Shown: in pieces, positions 1 to 9,814 of the stretch
Numbering within the stretch: position 1 is the first letter of the stretch
Layout: each line of letters starts with the position of its first letter
Origin: Actinomycetota bacterium
GTDB taxonomy: Bacteria; Actinomycetota; Thermoleophilia; RBG-16-64-13
Assembly (NCBI GenBank): GCA_023483915.1
Contig: JAMDEO010000059.1
Span: 1 to 56,804 of the forward strand
Direction of reading: 5' to 3'
Length of the DNA stretch: 56,804 bases
The notes under the pieces: model-generated
Told to the model about the DNA's origin: nothing
Seen by the model: the letters and a program-made list of their open reading frames with translations, nothing else
Database searches by the model: none
Translations under genes and position numbers: made by a program

Positions 1-127
1 CAGCATCCACGAGGGCAATCACTATCCTGGCACTGGTTTGGCGAGCGAAGTCGGGTCGGGAGACGGCGCGGGGTTCACGATCAACGTCCCCTTGCGGGCT
101 GGAGGCGGAGACGGAGCCATTCTTGCC
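1..127. repeat. Exact inverted copy of 2496-2622 (internal part of the HDAC gene); probable chimeric contig end
   Basis: 1-127 is the reverse complement of 2496-2622; sequence switches abruptly to a different gene at 128. Confidence 0.9.
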
Positions 128-458
128 CCGTCCGGAAGTGGATCTGACCTCCCGCCTGGCTGGCGCGGCTTTCCCCGAAGCAGAAGCGGTAAGCTGGGCG
201 TCACTCCGCTTCTCGCCCCGGTGGCGCTCCTATTTGGAGGATCGTGCCATTCCCTATGAAGCGTTGCCCGATGGGGAATTGCGCGCAAATATGCCATATC
301 TGGACGAGCGTTGGATGATACGGGAGGTTGTCCGCTTCCTGGGAGGCGCCGTCCTGGAGAGCCCTGCCACTGCCCGGGAAGGGGTCAGGGTTCTCTCGGC
401 CTCACTTGCCAGGGCTTACACGCAACCGCCAACCAGTGCCCATGGGGAACACCTGTGA
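128..458 (+). CDS. WYL-domain transcriptional regulator (PafC-like), C-terminal part only
   Basis: LRFSP...ALPDG...WMIREVVRFLGGAVLESP resembles the WCX domain; 5' end missing. Confidence 0.65.
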
Positions 459-850
459 GGTACCTCGGCAGATTCGTGGCGAACGCACTCGCCGTCTTCC
501 TTGCCCTATACCTCGTGGACTCGATCGCTGACGGCCGCTTCCGCGTGACTGCTATGTGGTCGACTGTTCTCCTATCAGTGGCCCTTAGCTTTGTAAACAG
601 CTCCATCCGTCCCCTCCACCGCATCCGTAGCAGGACCGCGCGCTCGCTGATCGTGACTGTGCTTACCCTGTGTGTCAACGTGCTGATCGTGCAGATATTC
701 GTGTGGGTGACTCCACTTGAGGCAGCGAACGTTGCTTGGGTGGCGGCAATAGCCGCCTTTGTCACCTTACTGACCGGACTGGTCAGCTGGCTGATCGGTT
801 TCAAGGTTCGGGCGAAAGGCCGGTCGCCCTCGAGGTCACGCGCTACGTAG
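455..850 (+). CDS. Phage-holin-family (YvlD/DUF360-like) 4-TM membrane protein
   Basis: GTG overlaps upstream stop; NALA...SFVNSSIRP...TLCVN pattern; four hydrophobic segments. Confidence 0.7.
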   Translation: MRYLGRFVANALAVFLALYLVDSIADGRFRVTAMWSTVLLSVALSFVNSSIRPLHRIRSRTARSLIVTVLTLCVNVLIVQIFVWVTPLEAANVAWVAAIAAFVTLLTGLVSWLIGFKVRAKGRSPSRSRAT

Positions 851-1957
851 ACGGCCCAATTGCGCGAATTCGTCGACCAGTGGCACCTCATGGCCATGGG
901 ATTGAACCAGGAGGCGGAAGTCATGGGGACTGCTGGCCACCATCTGTGCGTCTTCGAGAGTGACAAGGCCCCTCTCGTAGAGTCCAAGCAGGCTCTGGTC
1001 GAAGGTCTGCATCCCGTAGAACTCACCCTCTTGGATCGCGGTGCGGATGTTGTGAGTCTGCGCCGGATCGAGGATCAAGTCGCGGATCCTACCGGTCATG
1101 CACATGACCTCGACGGCGGGAACCCTGCCCACGCCGTCGGCGCGGACCAGCAGACGTTGGGAAATGATGCCCCTCAAAGATCCGGCCAGCATGATACGCA
1201 CTTGCTTCTGCTGGTAGAGGGGGAAGAAGTCGATGATTCGGATGATCGTCTCGGCGACGTCGATGGTGTGAAGCGTGCTTAGGACGAAGTGACCTGTCTG
1301 AGCGGCCGTAAGAGCTGTGCGGACGGTTTCCTGGTCGCGCATCTCTCCGATGAGGATGATGTCTGGGTCTTGGCGAAGGACGTACTTCAGTGCCGTCGCG
1401 TAGTTCTCGGTGTCAAGACCCACCTCACGCTGGTTGATGATGCATTTTTGATCTTGATGCAGGATCTCGATCGGGTCCTCGACGGTCACCACGTGCTTGC
1501 ACAGATTGTGGTTGATGTGGTCGATCATGGCGGCCAGCGTCGTGGTCTTTCCCGAGCCAGTTGTGCCTGTTACAAGCACCATGCCGCGCGGCTCCAAGGC
1601 CAGATTCTGCACTGCGAGGGGCAGATTAAGCTCCTTGAAGTCGGGGACCCGCGTCACCACTTGACGCAAAGCGATGGAAATCGCCCCTCTTTGCCGATAG
1701 ACGTTGATGCGGTAGCGCCCGACATTCGGGGCGCTGTAGGCAAAGTCGATCTCATTCGTTTCGCTGAAGCGCCGGATCTGCTTCTCACTCATGAGGGAAG
1801 CGGCGTAGTCTTTGGTGTCTTCTGGGGTGCACACCGGTTCAGGCAGAGCGGACAGTTCCCCGTCCACACGAATCGTGGGCGGACTTCCCACCTTGAGGTG
1901 AAGGTCGGAAGCGCCTACCTCTTGAACCTTGTGCAGTAATTCATCAATGGTCTTCAT
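836..1957 (-). CDS. pilT: Type IV pilus retraction ATPase PilT/PilU
   Basis: ASDLHL, Walker A GTTGSGKTT, EDPIE, LRQDPD, GEMRD, TGH/TLH His boxes, GMQTFDQ; start MKTIDELL chosen. Confidence 0.92.
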   Translation of the reverse strand: MKTIDELLHKVQEVGASDLHLKVGSPPTIRVDGELSALPEPVCTPEDTKDYAASLMSEKQIRRFSETNEIDFAYSAPNVGRYRINVYRQRGAISIALRQVVTRVPDFKELNLPLAVQNLALEPRGMVLVTGTTGSGKTTTLAAMIDHINHNLCKHVVTVEDPIEILHQDQKCIINQREVGLDTENYATALKYVLRQDPDIILIGEMRDQETVRTALTAAQTGHFVLSTLHTIDVAETIIRIIDFFPLYQQKQVRIMLAGSLRGIISQRLLVRADGVGRVPAVEVMCMTGRIRDLILDPAQTHNIRTAIQEGEFYGMQTFDQSLLGLYERGLVTLEDAQMVASSPHDFRLLVQSHGHEVPLVDEFAQLGRLRSA

Positions 1958-2135
1958 AAGGCCCTCCGGAGCACGGGTGGCCGCACGCGTAACTGTCACC
2001 ATATTGTTTCGGTGAAAACTGTCGGGAACTTGACACCGAGTATGATCCTATCCACGGCGAGTGAGGCACCTTGCGCCAGGATCCACGGGGGGCAAACCCC
2101 GGCGGGGATCCGGGGGCAAAGACCGTGGAGGAAAT

Positions 2136-3164
2136 CTACAGCGCGTCTTTCCAGTACGGGCGAACCGCTTCAACGGCCCTCTGCACGTCTTGACGCTCGG
2201 AGTCCAGCACGGTCGTTTCGAAATCGGGTTGTTCCCCCAGCACGCCACGCAGAGTAGCCACAATAGAGGTCGCCATCATCGAGGGGACGTATCCGCCTTC
2301 CAGAAAGGGCAGCGGGCCGGCGCCGCCCACTTCAAGGGCCAGAGACCGGAGTCGTGCGGCCATCCACTGGAAGGCCGTCTCACTGTAGCGCAGCTCTCCC
2401 AGCGGATCACCCCGCTGCCCGTCGTAACCGGCCGAAACGAGAATGAGCTGGGGCTTGAAAGAACGGGCCACAGGAAGAAACAACGACTCAAAAGAGGCAA
2501 GAATGGCTCCGTCTCCGCCTCCAGCCCGCAAGGGGACGTTGATCGTGAACCCCGCGCCGTCTCCCGACCCGACTTCGCTCGCCAAACCAGTGCCAGGATA
2601 GTGATTGCCCTCGTGGATGCTGAAGAAGAGCACCCGCGGATCGTCGTAGAACGCGTCGTTGGTGCCGTTGCCGTGATGCACGTCCCAGTCCACGATGAGG
2701 ACCCTCTCCAAACCAAGAACATCGACCGCGTGCGCCGCAGCGACCGCTATGTTGTTGAATAGGCAGAAACCCATGCCCTGGGAAGGCCGCGCGTGGTGAC
2801 CCGGCGGCCTCACCAGCATGAAAGCCAGCGCGCCATCCTCGACGCCGCGGTCGACCGCCATGATCCCAGCTCCGGCGGCGAGCAGCGCTGCGTCATAAGA
2901 ATCAGGTGATATCGCGGTGTCCCAATCCAACCATCCTCCGCCTTGGGCAGCGACGCGCCGCACGGTCTCCACGTATTCAGGAGTGTGGACCCGTTCCACG
3001 TCGGCCGAGACTGCGGGTTCGGGGGTTACCCAGTCGAGATCCAGCGCGCTGCCCTCCAGAGTCTGCACGGCGACTACCAGCCGCTGCTTGTTCTCGGGGT
3101 GCTCACCAGTCTCGTGCTTCAGAAACAAAGGATGGTAGTAGACATCAATAGCATCCACTTTCAA
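2136..3164 (-). CDS. Histone deacetylase / acetylpolyamine amidohydrolase family protein
   Basis: HPE, RPPGHHA, GFCLFNN, DWDVHHGNGT, SAGYD, EGGY motifs. Confidence 0.93.
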   Translation of the reverse strand: MKVDAIDVYYHPLFLKHETGEHPENKQRLVVAVQTLEGSALDLDWVTPEPAVSADVERVHTPEYVETVRRVAAQGGGWLDWDTAISPDSYDAALLAAGAGIMAVDRGVEDGALAFMLVRPPGHHARPSQGMGFCLFNNIAVAAAHAVDVLGLERVLIVDWDVHHGNGTNDAFYDDPRVLFFSIHEGNHYPGTGLASEVGSGDGAGFTINVPLRAGGGDGAILASFESLFLPVARSFKPQLILVSAGYDGQRGDPLGELRYSETAFQWMAARLRSLALEVGGAGPLPFLEGGYVPSMMATSIVATLRGVLGEQPDFETTVLDSERQDVQRAVEAVRPYWKDAL

Positions 3165-3209
3165 CCCCTCATTCTCTTGGTCACCAACCGACTGCTACAG
3201 ATGAGCCTG

Positions 3210-4274
3210 CTACAGACGAGCCAGATACGCCTGGACCCCGTGAAGGATTGCAGCCGCCTCCCGCGCTATCACTTTGGGATCGGCCAGACTCGGGCCTTCC
3301 TCGGGATGCGTGAGGTAACCGGGCTCCACGGCCACCGAAAGAGGCTTGACCTCTCTCAAAGACGCGTAGTTGCGCCCGTGAGTATGCAGATCCACTCGAT
3401 GCAATTCTCGGAAGAGGGCGTCAACGAGGTAGCCGGCCAGGCGTTTCCCAGGCATCGAATAGTACGCATTGTTGGCAAAGTAATATGCGGCAGCGCCCTG
3501 CGCCACCCGCGATGGACTCGCAGAATGGTGGACGCAGATGTGAATATCCGGCCCCCAGGCATTGGCGAGGTCGGTCCGCTCGTAGAGCTGAATCGTGGTG
3601 TCCTCATCGCGCAGCAGGTTGACCACTGCGCCTTCCGCCTCGAGAAGCTCGGCCAGCTGCAGCGCCAGCACCAGATTCAATTCCTTCTCCACCAGGCCCT
3701 GGTCGGTCATCCCCCAATCCAGCCCCCCATGGGCCGGGTCGATGCTGACCCGAAGCTGTGGAAGTGAACGCTTTTCCATATACCCATTCATCCGGTCGGG
3801 GATGGCAGCCACGTGCCCCTCCGGATCGACCTGGCGCAGCCTTCTGAGACGATCAAGGGTCGTTTCCCCCACTATGCCGTCCACATTCAGGCCCGCATTG
3901 CGCTGGAACTCTGTGACCGCGACCTCCAGTGCAGGAGAGAAGATCCCATCCACCGGACCGCAATCGAAGCCCAACTCATCAAGCCTGTGTTGCAGATAGA
4001 GAACATCATCGCCCCTCATGTACGGCACTCGCAGATAGAGAAGGCGGTCCCCCGGCTTGTATCCGGCCTCCACAAGCTCGGTCCAGGTATTGTCCTCGAC
4101 CACACCGCAGGCTGGGATCAGACGTCTCTGCTGGAAGGCCCTGATGGCTTGCTCGGTTTGCGGGCCGAAGAAACCGTCGGCCCCTTCACGACCCAGGAAA
4201 TGGCCAAGCGCGGCGAGACGCGTCTGGATATCGACTACCTGCTGGCCCCGATGGCCCCTGCCGACCGGACGCAT
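3210..4274 (-). CDS. N-acetylmuramoyl-L-alanine amidase with two peptidoglycan-binding domains (CwlM-like)
   Basis: DGFFGPQT..AIRAFQ and DGIFSP..FQRNAGLNVDG repeats; Amidase_3 motifs IDPAHGG, EKELN, HHSA, VEPGY; GGAGG upstream of ATG 4274. Confidence 0.88.
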   Translation of the reverse strand: MRPVGRGHRGQQVVDIQTRLAALGHFLGREGADGFFGPQTEQAIRAFQQRRLIPACGVVEDNTWTELVEAGYKPGDRLLYLRVPYMRGDDVLYLQHRLDELGFDCGPVDGIFSPALEVAVTEFQRNAGLNVDGIVGETTLDRLRRLRQVDPEGHVAAIPDRMNGYMEKRSLPQLRVSIDPAHGGLDWGMTDQGLVEKELNLVLALQLAELLEAEGAVVNLLRDEDTTIQLYERTDLANAWGPDIHICVHHSASPSRVAQGAAAYYFANNAYYSMPGKRLAGYLVDALFRELHRVDLHTHGRNYASLREVKPLSVAVEPGYLTHPEEGPSLADPKVIAREAAAILHGVQAYLARL

Positions 4275-4377
4275 AGCCCTTTGCGGCCTCCAAGAGTATG
4301 TGGGTTCGACCGAATTCACACGCCCCGCAGAACGATCGGCGCCCCGGCGGGAGGGTCTGGCTATTATACTCAATGCC

Positions 4378-5694
4378 ATGGTCCCCGATGAAACACGAGT
4401 TAGCAACAAAAGACTGGCGGTCATTGCGGCGGGACTTTGGTTGATAGCGATAGCGCTGGCCGGGTTCCTCCTGCTCACCGGCGGTAATGCGGGAGCTGAG
4501 CGCTCTGCCGCGTCGGACTTCGCGCCGAGTCACGCGACCTCCGGCGGCATCGCGGAGGCGTCCACGTCGGCCACCAAGCGCGCGACAGCTCTGAGTCCGG
4601 CGACTTTGCCTCCCACACCCCAACCTCCGACGAGTCTGCCGTCGACCACGACCAGCCTCGTCACCACCACGACTCTGCCGGAAACAACCACAACAACCAT
4701 CCGGCCTCCACTCAGCGTGGCAGCCGGGGGCGACGTCATGGGCGATCGCGGCGTCGGCGATTTCGTGGACGGCAAAGGCGGACCAGCCCTCTTCGCCCAG
4801 GTAAGGCCTTATTTGGAGAGCGCCCAATTGTCCTTCATCAACCTCGAGTGCGCCGTCTCCGACAAAGGTGTCCGCAACCCAGTCAAGGAGTACACATTCA
4901 GGGCCCCCACCGGCCTGACCGAAGGGCTGGTGTCGGCCGGGATCGACGTAGTCAGCCTGGCGAACAACCACGTTCTCGACTATGGGCAGTCGGCCCTGCT
5001 GGACACGATCCGACGGCTCGACGACGCGGGGGTGGCTCACGCCGGTGCCGGCAAGAACCTCGCTGCGGCGGCTGCCCCGGCCATCATGGCTACACCCGCC
5101 GGCACCGTTGCCGTCCTTGCCGCCAGCGAAATCGTCCCAGGAGGCTTCGGAGCATCCGCCGAGCAACCGGGTACCAACCCCGCCGTCCCCGACTACAAGA
5201 GGCTGCTCTCCGCGATCAAGTCCGCCGCAAGGAGAACCGATTTCGTCATCGTCAGCATGCACTGGGGCACGGAATACACCACCTCTCCAAACGCCGGGCA
5301 GCGCGAGTTGGCTCACGAGATGATCGATGCTGGTGCAGATCTAGTAATTGGGCATCATCCCCATGTGATCCAAGGCATGGAGCTCTACAAGGACAAGCTC
5401 ATTGCCTACAGCCTAGGGGATTTTGTGTTCGACCATCACAGCAGGAGAGAGACCGGCGAGGCCTTTGTCCTGCAGGTGACGCTGGCCCAGAGGGGTGCTC
5501 CGTACGTGGAGGCAATACCCGTGTACCTGGACGAAGAAACCGGAGTTCCCAGCCGAGTGACCGGTGATGAGGCCGATGTAATCCTCGGCCGCTTGGTCAA
5601 GCTAAGCGCCGGTCTCGGCCTGAGGCTTCTCCGAGGTGAGGACACAGCCTGGTTGCCGAACATTCCGGGATCGCCTTATGGGACGTGGTTCTGA
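4378..5694 (+). CDS. CapA (PGA_cap) family metallophosphoesterase with N-terminal anchor and Thr-rich linker
   Basis: GGDVM, NLE, SLANNH, HWGTE, IGHHPH, YSLGDF; TATACT 7 nt before ATG suggests a leaderless mRNA. Confidence 0.9.
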   Translation: MVPDETRVSNKRLAVIAAGLWLIAIALAGFLLLTGGNAGAERSAASDFAPSHATSGGIAEASTSATKRATALSPATLPPTPQPPTSLPSTTTSLVTTTTLPETTTTTIRPPLSVAAGGDVMGDRGVGDFVDGKGGPALFAQVRPYLESAQLSFINLECAVSDKGVRNPVKEYTFRAPTGLTEGLVSAGIDVVSLANNHVLDYGQSALLDTIRRLDDAGVAHAGAGKNLAAAAAPAIMATPAGTVAVLAASEIVPGGFGASAEQPGTNPAVPDYKRLLSAIKSAARRTDFVIVSMHWGTEYTTSPNAGQRELAHEMIDAGADLVIGHHPHVIQGMELYKDKLIAYSLGDFVFDHHSRRETGEAFVLQVTLAQRGAPYVEAIPVYLDEETGVPSRVTGDEADVILGRLVKLSAGLGLRLLRGEDTAWLPNIPGSPYGTWF

Positions 5695-5706
5695 AGCTCC
5701 GAGGCT

Positions 5707-6924
5707 CTACTCCCTGACCTGGATCATCACCTTGAACACTCCACCGAGGCCGTCTTCGTCCAAAAGGGCCTCGAGGATAGAGGCCTGCCTGTCTGCCTCC
5801 AGAGGGTCCGACAGCAGGCAGCAGGGCAGCTCGCGCGGGGGCTCGAGGTCCTGCCCCGCGCCCCCGGCGGCGAGGAAGGCGGCCAAGCTGGTGAAGACCA
5901 CGGTCTCGAAACCGGCCTGCCGTCCATGAAGATCGAGAGCTCTGAAATCGACGTCGGCGGTGAGGTCTTGCCGCCCAGCTCGCTCCAGGGGATCGTCACT
6001 TATCTGGTGACGAAAATAGCCGCGAACTGTCCGGCGCCGCGCTCCGGCGGGCTTCATCAGGGCCTTTGACGGACGGAAGCTGGCCGAGGTCCCCGTACCA
6101 GAAGGGAGCCGCGTTTCTTCTTCGAACCAGTCTCCGTAGTCTATCGTCACCAAGCTTCCGGCCGGCATATTCTCAGCCGCGTGGCACATCAGCCGAGCGA
6201 CGCCGGGCCGCAGTTCGATTATGCCATCCCGCGTGAGAGGGCGCAGCTGCATGGGATCCGCGCTTCCGAAGAGCGACTCGAGCTCTGCTGCGGCGGGCGG
6301 CGAAAGCTCCCCCCACTCTTGAGTAAGTGCGGTCCCCAGGAGCACCCAGGCCTCCCTGGCTCTTGCTGCGCTCACATCGACGATGTGGATGGGGAGCGCG
6401 TCAATGAATTCGTTCCCGATGATCACCATGGGATTGACCCCGGCGGACACCAGGTTCATTGTGGGGCCCCAACGCACGTCCCAGCCGGCCTCACACAAAT
6501 CGGAGAGGGCTTCAGTCTGCTTTCGGACCAGCCCCGGACCAATCTCCACGATGCAGTAGGTGAGGTCGCCTCGCAGATCCTGGCGCGATCCTTCCCAGGA
6601 GCTCATCACGGCTCTGGCAAGATGGCCTTCCCCGCCCCCCAGTTCCACTACGGCCATGGGCGGCCCCACCGCGCTACGTGCGGCATCGATCAACTCGCCA
6701 AGAAGAAGGGCAACACTCTTGTTGAACGCATCGGAGAGCGAGGGTGCGGTACTGAAGTCGCCAGCGTGGCCGAGGAAACGCGCAGCCAGCTGATAGTAGC
6801 CGCCCTCGGAGGCAAGCGCGATCTCCATGAAGCGAGCAAACGTCACCCGCCCGCCCTCCGAGAGCAGAGTAGCCGCTATCTCCTCGGGAAGTGAAGCCTT
6901 TGACGAATCCGCGTTCTGACTCAT
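5707..6924 (-). CDS. SAM-dependent methyltransferase, MidA/NDUFAF7 family
   Basis: FARFMEIAL, GDFSTAP, ELGGGEG, NEFIDALP, IDYG, QDLTADVDF. Confidence 0.88.
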   Translation of the reverse strand: MSQNADSSKASLPEEIAATLLSEGGRVTFARFMEIALASEGGYYQLAARFLGHAGDFSTAPSLSDAFNKSVALLLGELIDAARSAVGPPMAVVELGGGEGHLARAVMSSWEGSRQDLRGDLTYCIVEIGPGLVRKQTEALSDLCEAGWDVRWGPTMNLVSAGVNPMVIIGNEFIDALPIHIVDVSAARAREAWVLLGTALTQEWGELSPPAAAELESLFGSADPMQLRPLTRDGIIELRPGVARLMCHAAENMPAGSLVTIDYGDWFEEETRLPSGTGTSASFRPSKALMKPAGARRRTVRGYFRHQISDDPLERAGRQDLTADVDFRALDLHGRQAGFETVVFTSLAAFLAAGGAGQDLEPPRELPCCLLSDPLEADRQASILEALLDEDGLGGVFKVMIQVRE

Positions 6925-6987
6925 TGCTTGAATCTGCCCGTATGCGGGTAACGCTATGCAGGATACTGCACAAGCAAAGGAGTCGCT

Positions 6988-7413
6988 ATGAAAATTGGGT
7001 CGAATCGCGGATTTGCGGTGGCCCTGCTCTGCCTGGGACTTGTCCTTCTGCTCGCGGCTGCACTGACCGCTTGCGGGGGAACGACGACCACTACCTCGGC
7101 CGGGCAGGTGACGACAACGGCCGGCCCCGGTACAACGGCGGGGCCCGGCACAACGGCCGCTTCCGGCGGAGCCCAGGTGGAGATGAAGAGTCTTGCCTTC
7201 AATCCAGCTTCAGTCACAATCAAGGCGGGCGAGACGGTCACGTGGACCAATTCGGATAGCACGGCCCACACGGTCGTTGCGGACAACGGCGAGTTCGACA
7301 GTGGCAACCTGGATCCGGGAAAGACGTTTTCTTTCGCTTTCCAGACGGCGGGCACCTTCTCCTATCATTGCGCGATCCATCCATTTATGAAGGGCACGGT
7401 AGTCGTGCAGTGA
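6988..7413 (+). CDS. Cupredoxin (amicyanin/plastocyanin-like) lipoprotein
   Basis: Lipobox LTAC; HTV and YHCAIHPFM type-1 copper ligands; AGGAG RBS. Confidence 0.9.
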   Translation: MKIGSNRGFAVALLCLGLVLLLAAALTACGGTTTTTSAGQVTTTAGPGTTAGPGTTAASGGAQVEMKSLAFNPASVTIKAGETVTWTNSDSTAHTVVADNGEFDSGNLDPGKTFSFAFQTAGTFSYHCAIHPFMKGTVVVQ

Positions 7414-7443
7414 GGCTCCATGCCACGAGCTAAGCGAGTGTCG

Positions 7444-9702
7444 TCAAGAGCCTCCGGCGGCAGGGCCTTTCTCGAATCGTCTCAGGTGGGCGCCGTAGCC
7501 GGCCATCTTCGCGAGGACCCGTACGGCCCTGAGTGGCGAAGGCAGGACGAACGCCGCGTACCGGCCACCACCGGAGAATATGGCCTGGCTCATGGGCCTG
7601 TTGGAGATGTTCGCTATAGGCTTGCGGTAGCGCTCCATGAGATCTGCGACGTCACGGATGAACTGTAGCTCGCGCTCGCTGAGCTCCGGTTCTGCCTCTT
7701 CACGGTCGTTCATCACGCAGGATTCGATGGGTACCTGTCCCCCGTGCTCTGCCTTGATCGCCTCTATCTCCTGCATTGCCCGGCGGCTCTCGTTCATGGA
7801 GCCCACCACACCCAAGACGATTACCGCGTCAACCTCCTCGCTGGCCACGAGCGTCTCAAGCACGGTCTCCGGCACACCCGGGGTTAGAGTTGCCACCATG
7901 TCCACGGGGTTGGAATGGCTCCAAAAAGCCGGGAGGAGGCCGCCGAGCTTGGCGATGACCTGGGGGCTAAGGTTCGCCAATTCAAGTCCGCTCCGCGAGA
8001 TCTCATCGGCTACTAGGACTCCCCAGCCGCCGCCCAGAGTGGCAACTGCGACGCGTTTACCCGGGGGTAGCGGCATATACGACAGGGCGAAAGTGAGATC
8101 CAGGAACTCATCCGGGTCGGTTGTCACGATCATGCCGGATTGCCGGGCCGCCGCATCGAAGACGGCGCTTGATGAGGCAAGCGCTCCAGTGTGCGAAGCG
8201 GCAGCTTTCTGCCCGTAAGGACTTGTCCCGCCCCGAAGAATCACCACTGGTTTCTCGAGGGAGGTCGCGCGAACCACGTCGAGAAGCCGCCGCCCGTCGT
8301 CAAACCCTTCCATATAGGTCACGATGGTGTTCGTTTCAGGGTCCGAACGTAGGTAGTTGATGAAATCCACGGCATCGATCATGGCTTCGTTGCCCACTCC
8401 GATGAACTTGCCTACTCCGCCCTTCCGTCGCTCGGCCGAAACCAGAAGTTGGATGCCGAGGTTGCCAGACTGAGAAACCATGCTGGCGCCGCCGGGATCC
8501 GGCCGCAGCAGCGTGAATCCCGTGCCATACAATTGGTGATGCGAGGAGATGACCCCCATGCAGTTAGGCCCTACCAGTGCCATGCCATACCTCTCCGCAA
8601 CGGCAACGATCTCATCCTCGAGTTGACGGCCTTCCGGACCCAACTCAGAGAATCCCGCGGAAACAACGACAACCGCCGACACACCCTTGCGGCCGCACTC
8701 CTCCATGGCGTCCTTTACCAGAGGGGCGGCTACGGCCACAATCACCAATTCGGGAGTCTCCGGCAGTTCCGCGATGCTTTTGTGGACGGGAAGCCCCATA
8801 ATCTCGCCCCCTTTTGGGTTCACGGGATAAATTGGACCGGGAAAACATCCCAGGCGAAGGTTCGCAATAAGCATGCCACCCCACTTCGCCGTATCCGAGG
8901 AGGCTCCGACAACCGCGACGCTTCGCGGCGCCACCAGTGAGTGAAGCTGGGAAACGTCGGCGGGCGGGCGGGTGGAGGGCTCCCTGGGTTCGCCGAGAGT
9001 GATCAAGGCGTCAACCGCCACCGGCTCCGCTCCGTCAATAAGAAGCGGATTGACATCAATCTCGCGGATCTCCAGATGGTCGGCCGCCATCCTTCCGACC
9101 GCCTGAAGTACAGCCACAAGCGCCCCGCGGTCGACGGCAGGTGACCCGCGGAACGGTCCTAGCAGATCCCTGGCCCTGATCTGGTCGAGCAACTCCGCTG
9201 CGTCCGCATCGCTGAGAGGTGTGACTGCAAAAGCGACATCATGTAGGGCTTCCGTAAAAATGCCACCCAGGCCAAACATGACAACCGGGCCGAAAAGGTG
9301 ATCGCGGATCAGTCCGACGACAAATTCGCGCTTCCCCTTGACCATGTGCTCGACGAGGATGCCGTCCAGCTTCGCCCCGGCAGCCGCGGCCCGGGATTGG
9401 AGTGTGCGGTAGCCCTCGCGGACCTCGGTCTCATCGGCAATTCCAAGCAGCACGAGCCCGGCATCGGTCTTGTGCTGGATCGCGACGGAGGAGCCCTTCA
9501 TCACGACCGGGTACCCGAGCTTCGCGGCAGCCTTGACAGCTTCATCGGGAGAGGTGACCGTAACTCCTTCGGGAACGGATATCCCATATTCAGCAAAGAA
9601 TCGCTTCCCCGCCTCCTCATCCAGCGACCGAGCTCCTCCCCCGAGGGCGCTCTCGATCAAGGCCCTTCCCGGAACCTGATTTGCGTCATAGTCGATCGGC
9701 AT
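7444..9702 (-). CDS. ADP-forming acetate/acyl-CoA ligase (ATP-grasp + CoA-binding fusion)
   Basis: HKTDAG, FGLGG, DVNPL, then VAVVGAS, GPNCMG, SQSG, SHTG, NPVD. Confidence 0.9.
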   Translation of the reverse strand: MPIDYDANQVPGRALIESALGGGARSLDEEAGKRFFAEYGISVPEGVTVTSPDEAVKAAAKLGYPVVMKGSSVAIQHKTDAGLVLLGIADETEVREGYRTLQSRAAAAGAKLDGILVEHMVKGKREFVVGLIRDHLFGPVVMFGLGGIFTEALHDVAFAVTPLSDADAAELLDQIRARDLLGPFRGSPAVDRGALVAVLQAVGRMAADHLEIREIDVNPLLIDGAEPVAVDALITLGEPREPSTRPPADVSQLHSLVAPRSVAVVGASSDTAKWGGMLIANLRLGCFPGPIYPVNPKGGEIMGLPVHKSIAELPETPELVIVAVAAPLVKDAMEECGRKGVSAVVVVSAGFSELGPEGRQLEDEIVAVAERYGMALVGPNCMGVISSHHQLYGTGFTLLRPDPGGASMVSQSGNLGIQLLVSAERRKGGVGKFIGVGNEAMIDAVDFINYLRSDPETNTIVTYMEGFDDGRRLLDVVRATSLEKPVVILRGGTSPYGQKAAASHTGALASSSAVFDAAARQSGMIVTTDPDEFLDLTFALSYMPLPPGKRVAVATLGGGWGVLVADEISRSGLELANLSPQVIAKLGGLLPAFWSHSNPVDMVATLTPGVPETVLETLVASEEVDAVIVLGVVGSMNESRRAMQEIEAIKAEHGGQVPIESCVMNDREEAEPELSERELQFIRDVADLMERYRKPIANISNRPMSQAIFSGGGRYAAFVLPSPLRAVRVLAKMAGYGAHLRRFEKGPAAGGS

Positions 9703-9814
9703 GAGGCCCCCGTGAGTCGGTTGTCGTCGGCAGAGCACAGAGTATCCATCAGCCGCAAGGATGTAAAATGCGGCGTGCGCCTTGACCACTCTTAAGCACT
9801 AAGGAGCCGGGACC

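Noticed and set aside
455-850. Holin as evidence of a prophage
   Set aside because: Family is commonly chromosomal; no phage structural genes in the window
2136-3164. Link between the HDAC-family deacetylase and the island polyamine operon
   Set aside because: Lies outside the element in host context; nothing in the sequence ties them together
7081-7160. Short repeats (TTAGPG) as a repeat array
   Set aside because: Coding Thr/Gly linker of the lipoprotein
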